64,000 nt of DNA, taken from positions 44,838 to 108,837 of the forward strand of contig JAZSOS010000033.1 of NCBI GenBank assembly GCA_045537045.1. The letters run 5' to 3'. Source of the stretch: Eubacteriales bacterium. Lineage in GTDB: Bacteria > Bacillota > Clostridia > Oscillospirales > JAAYXM01. The notes under the pieces were generated by a model. It did no database searches, was not told where the DNA came from, and saw nothing but the letters and a program-made list of their open reading frames with translations. This document shows, one piece after another, positions 1-9,778 of the stretch (position 1 is the first letter of the stretch; each line of letters opens with the position of its first letter). The translations under genes and the position numbers were made by a program.

Positions 1-487
1 CTTCCTTGATATCGGAGGTTGCAACGTCAATCCAGTGGATGTAGTAATACGTTTTATCTCCTGCTTCCGCGATATCCATTGTGATGGTACCGGGGGTAAG
101 AGTGATTGAGTTTGCAAGCATAGACTGTGCATACTCGCTCTTAAGGTCGGTTTCGATTTTAACGATACCGGGGTTTACGTTCTTAAATCCGAATGCGCGG
201 AGCGCAACGTCAATGTTTGCCTTTGTAAGCTCCCACATGAAGATTATAAGGCAATAGAACACCCAGATAACAAATCGAATGGGGTTAAAGAGGAAGAATG
301 CCTTTTCATGGATGAAGAAGCGTGCAGAGAACAGTGCACAAATTACGCTTACAAGTGCGCCTGCAATAAGAATCTGCACGGATGCTCCGCCTGTGAAGAT
401 TGAAACAATCTGTCCCGTTATCAACAGCCAGAATATGTAACACACAATCGCCGTTGACAAAAATGCTGAAAACTTTGTCTTTTTCAA
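1..487 (-). CDS. mnhE: Na+/H+ antiporter subunit E-like (MnhE/MbhA) membrane subunit of the hydrogenase operon; 3' end runs off the window
   Basis: Manual translation from TTG at 487: MKKTKFSAFLSTAIVCYIFWLL...ANIDVA...NPGIVKIETDLKSEYAQSMLANSITLTPGTITMD...YIHWID; LANSITLTPGT is the MnhE signature. Confidence 0.85.
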   Translation of the reverse strand, partial: MKKTKFSAFLSTAIVCYIFWLLITGQIVSIFTGGASVQILIAGALVSVICALFSARFFIHEKAFFLFNPIRFVIWVFYCLIIFMWELTKANIDVALRAFGFKNVNPGIVKIETDLKSEYAQSMLANSITLTPGTITMDIAEAGDKTYYYIHWIDVATSDIKE

Positions 488-502
488 AGGAACATCACCA
501 AC

Positions 503-1162
503 TTACTTTTTGATTTTTTCGGCTATCTTTTCTGACAGCCATGTGCAAAACTCCGAAGCTCCTTCTCCCGTCTTTGTGGAAACGGGAAAAACGCCGGCTT
601 TTGCGTTTAAATCCGAAACGTTACGGCGGACTCTTTCTTCGTCAAACTCAAAATACGGCATCATGTCGTATTTGTTAATGACGAGAGCATCGGTCGTCGC
701 AAACATAAGCGGATATTTTTCTACCTTGTCGTCTCCCTCCGGAACGCTGAGGATTGCAACACGCATATCCTCACCGATATTAAACTCCGCGGGGCAGACG
801 AGATTTCCTATATTCTCGACGATAAGCACATCAAGCTCATCGAGATTAAAGAACGAAAGCATATGACGTATTGACATAGCCTCAATATGGCACGCGCCGT
901 CTGTCTGAAGCTGAACAACGGGAATGCCCATCTTGTCAATCTTGTCTGCATCTATCGCACCGGCGATATCACCCTCGATAACGCCGATTTTATACGTTTC
1001 GCGCAGGCGGTTTATGATATCGGTTATAAGGCTGGTCTTTCCGGCCCCCGGTGAACCCATAACATTTATAAGGCATATGTTGTGTTCACGCAGAGTTGCC
1101 TTAACCTCTTCGCTTACGTCCTCATTCCATTCGAGAATCTGCTTTACAATTTTTATTTCCAT
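503..1162 (-). CDS. hypB: hydrogenase nickel incorporation GTPase HypB
   Basis: GSPGAGKT P-loop, CH motif (GACHIEA), ENIGNLVCPAEF, SVPEGDDK, NKxD. Confidence 0.95.
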   Translation of the reverse strand: MEIKIVKQILEWNEDVSEEVKATLREHNICLINVMGSPGAGKTSLITDIINRLRETYKIGVIEGDIAGAIDADKIDKMGIPVVQLQTDGACHIEAMSIRHMLSFFNLDELDVLIVENIGNLVCPAEFNIGEDMRVAILSVPEGDDKVEKYPLMFATTDALVINKYDMMPYFEFDEERVRRNVSDLNAKAGVFPVSTKTGEGASEFCTWLSEKIAEKIKK

Positions 1163-1164
1163 TG

Positions 1165-1506
1165 TTATTCGACCTCCAGGCTGTCCACGTAATACTCACG
1201 GCCTGTCATAAGCTTTATCTCGGCACTGTCACATTCCGGACAGCGAATTTTGCGCTTCGGAATTTCGCCGTTATAGCCACAGGAATTACATTTTATCGTA
1301 ATCGGGATTTTTTCAACGGAAAGACGCGCGCCCTCGGCAATTGTGCCGCGACTTGCAATGTTGAAATACTCCTGAATACACTCCGGAAGTACACCCGACA
1401 TCTCGCCGATTTTCAGGCGGATTTCAAGTATCTTCTTCGCACCGTGGCGTCGAGCCTCCGGAACAGCTGCTTCGATAATTCCTTCTGTTATTGCAAGCTC
1501 GTGCAT
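1165..1506 (-). CDS. hypA: hydrogenase maturation nickel metallochaperone HypA
   Basis: N-terminal MHE, two CxxC (CNSC, CPEC), C-terminal GRE...LEVE. Confidence 0.95.
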   Translation of the reverse strand: MHELAITEGIIEAAVPEARRHGAKKILEIRLKIGEMSGVLPECIQEYFNIASRGTIAEGARLSVEKIPITIKCNSCGYNGEIPKRKIRCPECDSAEIKLMTGREYYVDSLEVE

Positions 1507-1509
1507 GGC

Positions 1510-2592
1510 TTATCTGTCCATACAGCTAAAGCACGGGTCGATACTTGCAACGATGAGCCCTGCGTCTGCAACAGAGTTGCCGCGGAGCATCGTCGGGATC
1601 GTCGGAGCCGTCTTGAAGGTCGGAACGTGGATGCTGACACGTTTGTTAAATTCGCTGCCGTCGGTAACTACCTTATAACAGAGCTGACCGCGCGGCGCCT
1701 CGTGGCGTACCATATACTCACCTGCCGGAATCTTCGGAATCTTAACTCCGAGATTAATCGGACCTGTCGGGAGCATTTCAAGAGCCTGACGGATAATCTT
1801 GATGCTCTCAAAGTTTTCAAGGACGCGGATAACTACGCGTGAGAAAACGTCACAGGTGTGGTAAACTGCCTTGTCAAACTCAAAATCCTCATAGCAGCAG
1901 TACGGTGCATCCTTACGGACATCGACTGCAACGTTTGACGCTCTTGCGTGCGGGCCTACTGCACCGATGCGGATGGAATCCTCTGTCGTGAGAACGCCAA
2001 CCCCCTGTGTACGGAGAGCAACGGTCTTGTCTGAGAGAAGAATGTCGCGAAGGCGGATCATGGATTTTTCTACTTTATCGAGCATTTCAAGAATCTTTCT
2101 TCTCTTGTCATCGTCGATATCTCGGCGGGAACCGCCGATTGTTACCATACCGTAGTTTACGCGGTTGCCCGAGATTTCCTCAAGCATATCCATAATAACC
2201 TCGCGTTCATTCCATGTGTGCATAAAGAGGCTGTCGTGGCCGATAAGGTGAAGCGCGATACCAAGCCATAGAAAATGCGAATGGAGACGTTCCAGCTCAT
2301 TCATGATAACGCGAATATACTGACCGCGCTTGGGGACGTTCATCCCCGCAATGTTTTCAAGCGCCATAGCATAGCCAAGCGCATGAGAGTGCGAGCAGAT
2401 ACCGCAGACGCGCTCAACAAGCACTATCGTCTGGATGAAATTTTTCTGCTGCGCAAGCTTTTCAATACCTCTGTGGTTGTAACCGATAAACACCTCAGCA
2501 TCGGTAATCTGCTCACCGTCCGTATAAAGACGCGCGTGAACAGGCTCCTCAAGCGCCGGATGGTACGGTCCGATAGGAACAATATAGCTCAT
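1510..2592 (-). CDS. group 4 (energy-converting) [NiFe]-hydrogenase large subunit, EchE/MbhL-like
   Basis: GPYHPALEEP, GYNHRGIEK, L1 ERVCGICSHSH, EAPRG, L2 DPCFSCMDR at the C-terminus. Confidence 0.92.
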   Translation of the reverse strand: MSYIVPIGPYHPALEEPVHARLYTDGEQITDAEVFIGYNHRGIEKLAQQKNFIQTIVLVERVCGICSHSHALGYAMALENIAGMNVPKRGQYIRVIMNELERLHSHFLWLGIALHLIGHDSLFMHTWNEREVIMDMLEEISGNRVNYGMVTIGGSRRDIDDDKRRKILEMLDKVEKSMIRLRDILLSDKTVALRTQGVGVLTTEDSIRIGAVGPHARASNVAVDVRKDAPYCCYEDFEFDKAVYHTCDVFSRVVIRVLENFESIKIIRQALEMLPTGPINLGVKIPKIPAGEYMVRHEAPRGQLCYKVVTDGSEFNKRVSIHVPTFKTAPTIPTMLRGNSVADAGLIVASIDPCFSCMDR

Positions 2593-2595
2593 GTG

Positions 2596-2988
2596 TTACT
2601 CCCCTTTCTTTCCGTGTGCCTTATCAATCAGCTCATCCATAGGTGTAACTATGATCTGTCCCTGACCGTCAAGCATATTGTCGGGCATGAAGAGACGCTT
2701 TGATGTGTCAAGTCCCTCAAACGTGACGTCCATAAGCTCAACAATCTCACGTTCTGCCCATTCCGCGCCAAGATCGTAGATAGGTGCAATCGAGGGCAAA
2801 ACGCTCTCGCCGTCCACCGTGTAGGATTCAATGCCGCTTCCGACCTCATACTCGTATGAAATATTCGGTTTTCCTTCATCGTTGATGAAGCCGTGAATCA
2901 TTGCAAGAGCAACGCCGGCTGCGCGCATTCTTTCCGCAGTGGGCACTACTTCGTCCTTGGTGATTGAAATTTTCTTATATTCCTGCAT
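2596..2988 (-). CDS. NuoC-like hydrogenase subunit (EchD/MbhK-like)
   Basis: PSIAPIY...AEWAEREIVELMDVTFEG complex I 30 kDa motif; first gene of the hydrogenase operon. Confidence 0.85.
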   Translation of the reverse strand: MQEYKKISITKDEVVPTAERMRAAGVALAMIHGFINDEGKPNISYEYEVGSGIESYTVDGESVLPSIAPIYDLGAEWAEREIVELMDVTFEGLDTSKRLFMPDNMLDGQGQIIVTPMDELIDKAHGKKGE

Positions 2989-3097
2989 TTTTCCACCTCA
3001 CCCGTGAAATATTATTTTTGCACCCTTTAGTATAGCATATTTTTGCAGAAAAATAAAGTCCCGAAGTGCAAAATTTCCGCAAAATGCGTGTTTTTGT

Positions 3098-3115
3098 TTG
3101 TTTATTTTTTCACAT
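3098..3115. promoter_or_regulatory. possible Rex-type operator upstream of the hydrogenase operon
   Basis: TTGTTTA-TTTT-TTCACAT resembles TTGT(G/T)AA-N4-TT(C/A)ACAA; the context is AT-rich. Confidence 0.3.
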
Positions 3116-3289
3116 TCCCGCTAAGTGTCGAAATTTCTTTCCCAGGAATAAAAAATAACTGAAATATTATATTCAAAGTTATTGAAAATCAAATGCTTAT
3201 TTAGTATAATATATAATATAAGGTAAATTATCTAATTCCTGGACCTATCGTTTTTTTCCATTTTGTCCTGCGGAAAGGAAGTTTTATTT

Positions 3290-4120
3290 ATGAGCATTGC
3301 AGATAGGCTTTTTATCGAAAATTGCAAAGATATCCTTGAAAACGGAGTGTGGGACACGGATTATGACGTTCGCCCCCGCTGGGAGGACGGAACGCCGGCA
3401 CATACCGTAAAAAAATTCGGCGTTGTAAACCGTTATGACCTCTCACAGGAGTTTCCCATTCTTACAATACGCCGCACCGCGCTTAAATCCGCGGTTGACG
3501 AGCTTTTGTGGATATGGCAGAAAAAGTCAAACAAAATTTCGGAGCTTAAAAGCCGCATATGGGATTCGTGGGCGGATGAGAACGGTACTATCGGCAAGGC
3601 TTACGGATATCAGCTCGGAAAGCCGCACCGTTACCGCGAAGGGTTATTTGATCAGGTTGACCGCGTTCTTTTCGATTTGAAGAACAATCCGACAAGCCGC
3701 CGGATAATGACCAACATCTATAACCACGACGAGCTTTGCGACATGCAGCTTTATCCCTGCGCGTACAGCATGACGTTCAACGTAAGCGGCAATAAGCTCA
3801 ACGCAATTCTCAACCAGCGCTCACAGGATATGCTTACGGCAAACGGATGGAACACTTGTCAGTATGCCGTTCTTGTTCATATGATGGCACACGTCAGCGG
3901 ACTGGAGGTCGGCGAGCTTGTTCACGTTATCGCCGATGCGCATATATATGACCGCCACATCCCGCTTGTGGAAAAGCTTTTAGAGTGTGAAACATACGAC
4001 GCGCCCACCTTTGTTATGAACAAAGAAAAAACCGATTTCTACGACTTTACCGTCGAAGATTTCCGACTTGAAAATTACAGATACAGCGATTTTAACCTAC
4101 AAATCCCGGTTGCAATATAA
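3290..4120 (+). CDS. thyA: thymidylate synthase
   Basis: ELLW, GKAYGYQL, SRRI, LYPC, NQRSQD, AHIYDRH; ATG at 3290 after an AAGGA RBS. Confidence 0.96.
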   Translation: MSIADRLFIENCKDILENGVWDTDYDVRPRWEDGTPAHTVKKFGVVNRYDLSQEFPILTIRRTALKSAVDELLWIWQKKSNKISELKSRIWDSWADENGTIGKAYGYQLGKPHRYREGLFDQVDRVLFDLKNNPTSRRIMTNIYNHDELCDMQLYPCAYSMTFNVSGNKLNAILNQRSQDMLTANGWNTCQYAVLVHMMAHVSGLEVGELVHVIADAHIYDRHIPLVEKLLECETYDAPTFVMNKEKTDFYDFTVEDFRLENYRYSDFNLQIPVAI

Positions 4121-4190
4121 AATACTGATAAATTTTACGTATCCCGAATATATATTTAGAAAAAAGGAAAAATAACAGGGAGGAATTTTC

Positions 4191-4676
4191 GTGAACATCA
4201 TTGCATCGGCAGACATCGGATGGGGCATAGGCCGCGGTGGAGAGCTTCTTTATCACATTCCGGAGGATATGCGCTACTTCAAAGAAATGACAACGGGCAA
4301 AACCGTAATTATGGGACGTGCAACGCTTTTCTCACTTCCCGGCGGCAAACCGCTTCCAAAGCGCAGAAACATTATTTTATCAACAACTCTCGCAGAGGTC
4401 GAGGGTGCAGAGGTCTGCAAAACTCCGGCGGGAATTGCAGAGCTTTTAAAGGATGAGAAGAGCGAGGATATATTTGTAATCGGCGGCGAGAGCGTTTACC
4501 GCGATATGCTTCCGTTCTGCGACACGGCGTACATAACGCGCGTTGAGGCAATGTCAGAGGCTGACCGTCATCTTGTCAACCTCGATGATGCGCCGGATTG
4601 GGAAATTGTCCGCCGCTCACCGATGTATGCTCACAACGGTGTGTGCTTTAAATTTGTAACATATAAAAGAAAGTAA
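4191..4676 (+). CDS. folA: dihydrofolate reductase
   Basis: GIG..G.L..HIPEDMRYFK..T.GK.VIMGR.T, PLPKRRNIILS, VIGG; follows thyA. Confidence 0.95.
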   Translation: MNIIASADIGWGIGRGGELLYHIPEDMRYFKEMTTGKTVIMGRATLFSLPGGKPLPKRRNIILSTTLAEVEGAEVCKTPAGIAELLKDEKSEDIFVIGGESVYRDMLPFCDTAYITRVEAMSEADRHLVNLDDAPDWEIVRRSPMYAHNGVCFKFVTYKRK

Positions 4677-4716
4677 GAAAACAAAACATTATCAGATAAA
4701 ATTCGGAGGACATCAG

Positions 4717-6507
4717 ATGCTTATTACCAATGATATTAAGTACGTCGGCGTGAACGACCACGAAATTGATTTGTTTGAGGGACAGTATACCGTTCCCAAC
4801 GGTATGTCGTATAACTCATACGTAATCCTTGACGAAAAAATTGCCGTGCTTGACACGGTTGACGCGCGCTTTACTCACGCCTGGCTTGACAACATACAGA
4901 ACACACTTGACGGCAGAGTTCCGGATTATCTTATCATCCAGCATATGGAGCCGGACCATTCAGCAAACATAGCAAACTTCATAAAGGCATACCCCGATGC
5001 AAAAATTGTTTCCTCGGAAAAATCCTTTACTATGATGAAGCAGTTTTTCGGCACTGATTTTTCCGAGCGTCAGGTAGTTGTCGGCGAGGGTGATACATTA
5101 ACCTTGGGGACGCACACTCTTACCTTTGTCTCAGCACCTATGGTACACTGGCCTGAGGTCATCGTGACCTATGACAGCCGTGACAAGGTCCTCTTTTCAG
5201 CAGACGGCTTCGGCAAATTCGGCGCGCTTGACGCCGATGAGGACTGGGCATGCGAAGCGCGCCGCTATTACATCGGCATTGTCGGAAAATATGGCGTGCA
5301 GGTTCAGAATCTTCTCAAAAAAGCGGCATCTCTTGACATTGAAAAAATCTGCCCGCTCCACGGTCCCGTGCTTTCAGAAAACCTCGGCTACTATATAAAC
5401 CTCTACAACACCTGGTCAAGCTACCAGCCGGAGGAGGAGGGCATTGTAATTGCCTATACCTCGGTTTACGGCAACACGAAAAAGGCAGTTGTGAAGCTTG
5501 CGGACAAGCTCCGCGCGAAGGGTTGCCCAAAGGTTGTTATAAACGACCTTGCACGCTGTGATATGGCAGAGGCTGTTGAAGATGCCTTCCGTTACAGCAA
5601 AATCGTCTTTGCGACAACAACCTACAACGCGGAGATCTTCCCGTTTATGCGTGAATTTATAAACCACCTTACCGAGCGTGGATTCAAAAACAGAACGGTT
5701 GCGTTTATTGAAAACGGAAGCTGGGCTCCTCTTGCGGCAAAGGTTATGCGCGAGATGCTTTCAAAGTGCAAGAATCTCACCGAGGCAGAAACCACGGTCA
5801 GAATCATGTCTGCGCTGAACGATGAGAGCATGGCACAGCTTGATGCTCTCTCCGATGAGCTTTGCCGCGAATACCTTGCACAGCAGGATTCCACGGCGAA
5901 CAAGAATGACCTTACGGCACTGTTCAATATCGGATATGGTCTCTATGTCGTCACCTCTAACGACGGCAAGCGTGACAACGGTCTTATTGTAAACACCGTT
6001 ACACAGGTTACAAACGTTCCGAACAGAATCGCCGTTACAATAAACAAAGACAACTACTCACACCACATTATAAAAAACTCAGGAAAGATGAACATAAACT
6101 GTCTTTCCGTTGACGCGCCTTTTGAGGTTTTCGAGCGTTTCGGATTCCAGAGCGGAAGAAATACCGATAAGTTTGCCGGTTGCGATGTTCTACGTTCGGA
6201 CAACGATCTCGTTTTCCTTTCGCGCTTTATAAATTCATTTATGTCGCTTGACGTTGAGCAGTATGTTGACCTTGATACCCACGGAATGTTTATATGCAGT
6301 GTTTCCGAGGCGCGCGTCATCTCTGACCGTGAAACGCTGACATATTCGTATTATCACGAAAACGTCAAGCCGAAGCCTCAGGTAGAAGGCAAAAAAGGGT
6401 ATGTCTGCAAAATCTGCGGATTTGTGTATGAGGGTGACAAGCTTCCCGATGACTTTGTCTGCCCGCTCTGCAAGCACCCCGCATCTGATTTTGAAGAGAT
6501 AAAGTAA
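4717..6507 (+). CDS. fprA: flavodiiron protein (FprA family) with fused flavin-reductase and rubredoxin domains
   Basis: HMEPDH, VHWPE, SADGFG and PLHG diiron ligands; flavodoxin YTSVYGNT; flavin reductase IGYGLYVV...THGMFI; C-terminal CKICG...CPLC. Confidence 0.92.
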   Translation: MLITNDIKYVGVNDHEIDLFEGQYTVPNGMSYNSYVILDEKIAVLDTVDARFTHAWLDNIQNTLDGRVPDYLIIQHMEPDHSANIANFIKAYPDAKIVSSEKSFTMMKQFFGTDFSERQVVVGEGDTLTLGTHTLTFVSAPMVHWPEVIVTYDSRDKVLFSADGFGKFGALDADEDWACEARRYYIGIVGKYGVQVQNLLKKAASLDIEKICPLHGPVLSENLGYYINLYNTWSSYQPEEEGIVIAYTSVYGNTKKAVVKLADKLRAKGCPKVVINDLARCDMAEAVEDAFRYSKIVFATTTYNAEIFPFMREFINHLTERGFKNRTVAFIENGSWAPLAAKVMREMLSKCKNLTEAETTVRIMSALNDESMAQLDALSDELCREYLAQQDSTANKNDLTALFNIGYGLYVVTSNDGKRDNGLIVNTVTQVTNVPNRIAVTINKDNYSHHIIKNSGKMNINCLSVDAPFEVFERFGFQSGRNTDKFAGCDVLRSDNDLVFLSRFINSFMSLDVEQYVDLDTHGMFICSVSEARVISDRETLTYSYYHENVKPKPQVEGKKGYVCKICGFVYEGDKLPDDFVCPLCKHPASDFEEIK

Positions 6508-6529
6508 AATTTCAGGAGGATTTTTAAGT

Positions 6530-6688
6530 ATGAAATATGTATGTGACGTATGCGGATGGGTATATGATGAAGAAGTGGGCGATGAATAGCTCGGATTTGC
6601 CCCCGGAACAAAGTTTGAGGAACTTCCGGACGATTTTGAATGTCCCCTCTGCTTTGTAGGAAAGGACAGCTTCAGCCCCGAAGAATAA
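6530..6688 (+). pseudogene. rubredoxin interrupted by an in-frame TAG (pseudogene, sequencing error or read-through)
   Basis: [51 protein letters not shown]; AGGAGG RBS; TAG at 6587-6589; absent from the ORF track. Confidence 0.85.
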
Positions 6689-6755
6689 AAGTGACAGATG
6701 ATGTGAAAAACTTTGTTTTTTACATCATCTGATATACATAAGAGGAGTTTTTGTT

Positions 6756-7508
6756 ATGACTATGGTATTGCTTACAGCGCTCGGTGTCGGCGGCGCGACC
6801 GTGTTCGGCTCACTTGTCGGCTTTGCTTTCAAAAAGATATCAACAAAATTTTCTGATATCGTCCTTTCCTTTGCAGCAGGGGTCATGCTTGCGGCGGCAG
6901 TGCTGGGTCTTGTCCTTCCGTCACTTGAGTACGGCGGGAAATACAGCCTTTTCATAACTGTTGCAGGAATATTTGCCGGTGCGCTGTGCTTAAATCTCAT
7001 TGACAAGCTTGTTCCCCACCTTCACAGACTTGCAGGTGCCGACCGCGAAGAACACAACAATGCAAATTTAAATCGTGTTCTTCTCTTCGTCGCGGCAATA
7101 GCGATTCACAACTTTCCCGAAGGAATTGCTGCAGGTGTCGGTTTTGGCTCGGGTGACACATCTCAGGCTCTTATTATCGCCGGCGGCATTGCCCTGCAGA
7201 ACATTCCCGAAGGAATGGTAATAATCGGCCCGATGCTTGCGGCAGGAATTCCCGCGGGCAGAACATTCTTCTGCGCGCTTGCGACCGGTCTTGTCGAGGT
7301 TCTCGGCACGTTTATGGGGTATTTCGCTGTAAGCCTGTCAAGCGCAGTTCTTCCTTTCGCGCTTGCATTTGCCGGCGGCACCATGCTTTATGTAATCAGC
7401 GATGAAATGATTCCCGAAACCCACGCGCACGGCAATGAGCGGGGCGCAACTTACGCCTTACTTGTGGGTTTTTGCGTAATGCTTATAACAGATGTGCTTT
7501 TAGGTTAA
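6756..7508 (+). CDS. ZIP family metal transporter (ZupT/GufA-like)
   Basis: FAAGVML, AIHNFPEG, LQNIPEG, AGGTMLYV..EMIPE; multiple TM segments. Confidence 0.9.
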   Translation: MTMVLLTALGVGGATVFGSLVGFAFKKISTKFSDIVLSFAAGVMLAAAVLGLVLPSLEYGGKYSLFITVAGIFAGALCLNLIDKLVPHLHRLAGADREEHNNANLNRVLLFVAAIAIHNFPEGIAAGVGFGSGDTSQALIIAGGIALQNIPEGMVIIGPMLAAGIPAGRTFFCALATGLVEVLGTFMGYFAVSLSSAVLPFALAFAGGTMLYVISDEMIPETHAHGNERGATYALLVGFCVMLITDVLLG

Positions 7509-7520
7509 GGAGTGTTTTTC

Positions 7521-8438
7521 ATGATTAACGAGAAAAAATCAAAAGTCGTGTGCACTGTCCCCGCAGAGGAGGTCGCACGGGTCAAGGGTCTCGGGTTTCT
7601 GCGCGACAAGACAACGCCGGACTGTTTTAACGGACGCGTCATAACTCGCAACGGAAAAATCACAACAGCCGAGATGCAGACAATAGCATCCGCCGCAGAA
7701 AAATTCGGCAGCGGTGAGGTTTCCATGACATCCCGCCTCACTGTTGAAATCCAGCGCGTTCCATTTGAGAACATTGCTCCGTTATGTACATATCTTGAAG
7801 AAAACGGACTTGAAACCGGCGGCACAGGACCGAAGGTTCGCCCCGTTGTTTCATGCAAGGGTACAACGTGCCAGTTCGGGCTTATTGACACCTTTGCCAT
7901 CTCCGAAGAAATACACAAACGCTTTTATAAAGGTTATCACGATGTTAAGCTTCCGCACAAGTTTAAAATTGCCGTTGGCGGATGCCCGAACAATTGCGTA
8001 AAGCCGGATATAAACGACCTTGGTATCATTGGCGCACGCGTACCGGTTATAAATTACGACAAATGCCGCGGATGCAAAAAATGCGCTGTTGTATCCTCTT
8101 GTCCTATGAAAGCGGCTGCGCTTTCGGGTGAGAAGATAGAAAAGGATGCTCTTCTCTGCAACAGCTGCGGGCGTTGCATAGGAAAATGTCCTTTCGGTGC
8201 ATTTGAAGAATACACAAACGGCGCAAGAATTTACATCGGCGGACGTTGGGGCAAGAAAACGGCGCGCGGACGCGCCCTTTCAAAGCTCTTTACTGACACA
8301 TCAGAGCTTCTTGATACGGTAGAGCGCACAATCTGCTTCTTCCGTGACGAAGGCCTTCCCGGCGAGCGTTTTGCCGATACAATAGAGCGCCTTGGCTTTG
8401 AATATGCCGAGAAAAAGATTTTAAACTTCCATAAATAA
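7521..8438 (+). CDS. nitrite/sulfite reductase-like Fe-S protein with ferredoxin insertion (AsrC/Dsr-like)
   Basis: MTSR, VSCKGTTC, LPHKFKIAVGGCPNNC, NDLG, CRGCKKC and CNSCGRCIGKCP clusters, IGGRWG. Confidence 0.8.
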   Translation: MINEKKSKVVCTVPAEEVARVKGLGFLRDKTTPDCFNGRVITRNGKITTAEMQTIASAAEKFGSGEVSMTSRLTVEIQRVPFENIAPLCTYLEENGLETGGTGPKVRPVVSCKGTTCQFGLIDTFAISEEIHKRFYKGYHDVKLPHKFKIAVGGCPNNCVKPDINDLGIIGARVPVINYDKCRGCKKCAVVSSCPMKAAALSGEKIEKDALLCNSCGRCIGKCPFGAFEEYTNGARIYIGGRWGKKTARGRALSKLFTDTSELLDTVERTICFFRDEGLPGERFADTIERLGFEYAEKKILNFHK

Positions 8439-8447
8439 AAAATCCGA

Positions 8448-8475
8448 CCCCGCGGAGTGATATCACTCTGCGGGG
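8448..8475. terminator. hairpin between convergent genes (likely bidirectional terminator)
   Basis: CCCCGCGGAGTGATATCACTCTGCGGGG near-perfect palindrome. Confidence 0.65.
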
Positions 8476-8496
8476 CATTTAATATATTATCCGTTT

Positions 8497-9681
8497 TTAT
8501 GCTTTAAATACGACGTTGCCGTTTACCATTGTGAGAGAAACGTCGATGTTGTCATCGAAGATGATGATATCTGCATATGCGCCCTCGCGGATTGTTCCTC
8601 GGTCGCGAAGATTTGCCATGCGTGCGGGATTTGCCGTAGCCATACGCACAGCATCAAGAAGCGTGCAGTCTGCCATATTTATCATATTGCGTACAAGGCG
8701 GTTTGTTGTGGAAATACTTCCTGCAAACGCCGTGCCGTCCATAAGCTTCGCTACGCCGTTTTCAATAATTACCTCGTAACCGTTCTTAAGGCTTCCTGCG
8801 ATAAATGTTCCGCCGTCTGCCGCACCTGCACCGCGGAGAGCATCGGTAATGAGCGAAATGCGGTCAACGCCCTTGAATTTTACGATAAACTTTAAAAGAG
8901 ATGCCGGCAGATGGCAACCGTCTGCGATAATCTCAACGTCCATTCCGTCAATCATATACGCCGCCTCAACAACGCCCGCATAGCGATATGCATTCTTGCG
9001 GTGAACAGTGCTGCAGCCGGAGTAAAGATGTGTTATAAGCTGATATCCCCAGTCGTATGCTTCCATAACCGTATCGTAATCTGCATCGGAATGGCCGACA
9101 GCAACAACAACATCGTGATCCATGCAGTGACGTGCAAATTCAGCAGAGCCGGGAAGCTCCGGTGCGGAGCTCCAACGCGCTAGCTTGTCACCGTATTTTT
9201 CAAGAAGCGGGAGATAATCTTCTTTCTTAGGAGGAGTTATGTACTCGGGGTTCTGCGCACCTGCCTGTGCAAGCGCAAAGTACGGTCCTTCGAGGTGAAT
9301 ACCCGGCATATATGCGCCCTTTGTGTTCTTTGCATTCGCCTCGTCAAGAACCTCAAACATCTGAACGTATTCCTCAACAACACCGGAGGAAGCAGTCGGG
9401 AGAAGAACTGTCGTACCAAATTTTGCGTGAAGCTCTGCCGCTGCAAGGAACGCATCAACAGTTCCGTCCATAAAGTCACCGCCACCGCCACCGTGGACGT
9501 GGATGTCGATAAATCCGGGAGAGATATACTTCCCACCCGCATCGTGACCAACATCAAACGGACGTTCTTCTGCCGTTACCGCGACAACGCGTTCACCGTC
9601 GGTGTATACCGCTGTGCCCTCAGAGGCAATGGTGTTACCGAGAATTACTTTGCCGTTATAAAACTTATGTACCATAATCAT
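8497..9681 (-). CDS. nagA: N-acetylglucosamine-6-phosphate deacetylase family amidohydrolase
   Basis: PGFIDIHVHG, HLEGPY, APEL, GHS, THL, IADGCH, ITDA, AGS, NPA. Confidence 0.88.
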   Translation of the reverse strand: MIMVHKFYNGKVILGNTIASEGTAVYTDGERVVAVTAEERPFDVGHDAGGKYISPGFIDIHVHGGGGGDFMDGTVDAFLAAAELHAKFGTTVLLPTASSGVVEEYVQMFEVLDEANAKNTKGAYMPGIHLEGPYFALAQAGAQNPEYITPPKKEDYLPLLEKYGDKLARWSSAPELPGSAEFARHCMDHDVVVAVGHSDADYDTVMEAYDWGYQLITHLYSGCSTVHRKNAYRYAGVVEAAYMIDGMDVEIIADGCHLPASLLKFIVKFKGVDRISLITDALRGAGAADGGTFIAGSLKNGYEVIIENGVAKLMDGTAFAGSISTTNRLVRNMINMADCTLLDAVRMATANPARMANLRDRGTIREGAYADIIIFDDNIDVSLTMVNGNVVFKA

Positions 9682-9778
9682 TCACCTTTTTATAAATAGT
9701 TTACATATGTAATAATAAAACAATTAAGAAAAAAAATCAACAGTTATTTTCGGCTATGCATACGCAAAAAATTTTTGG

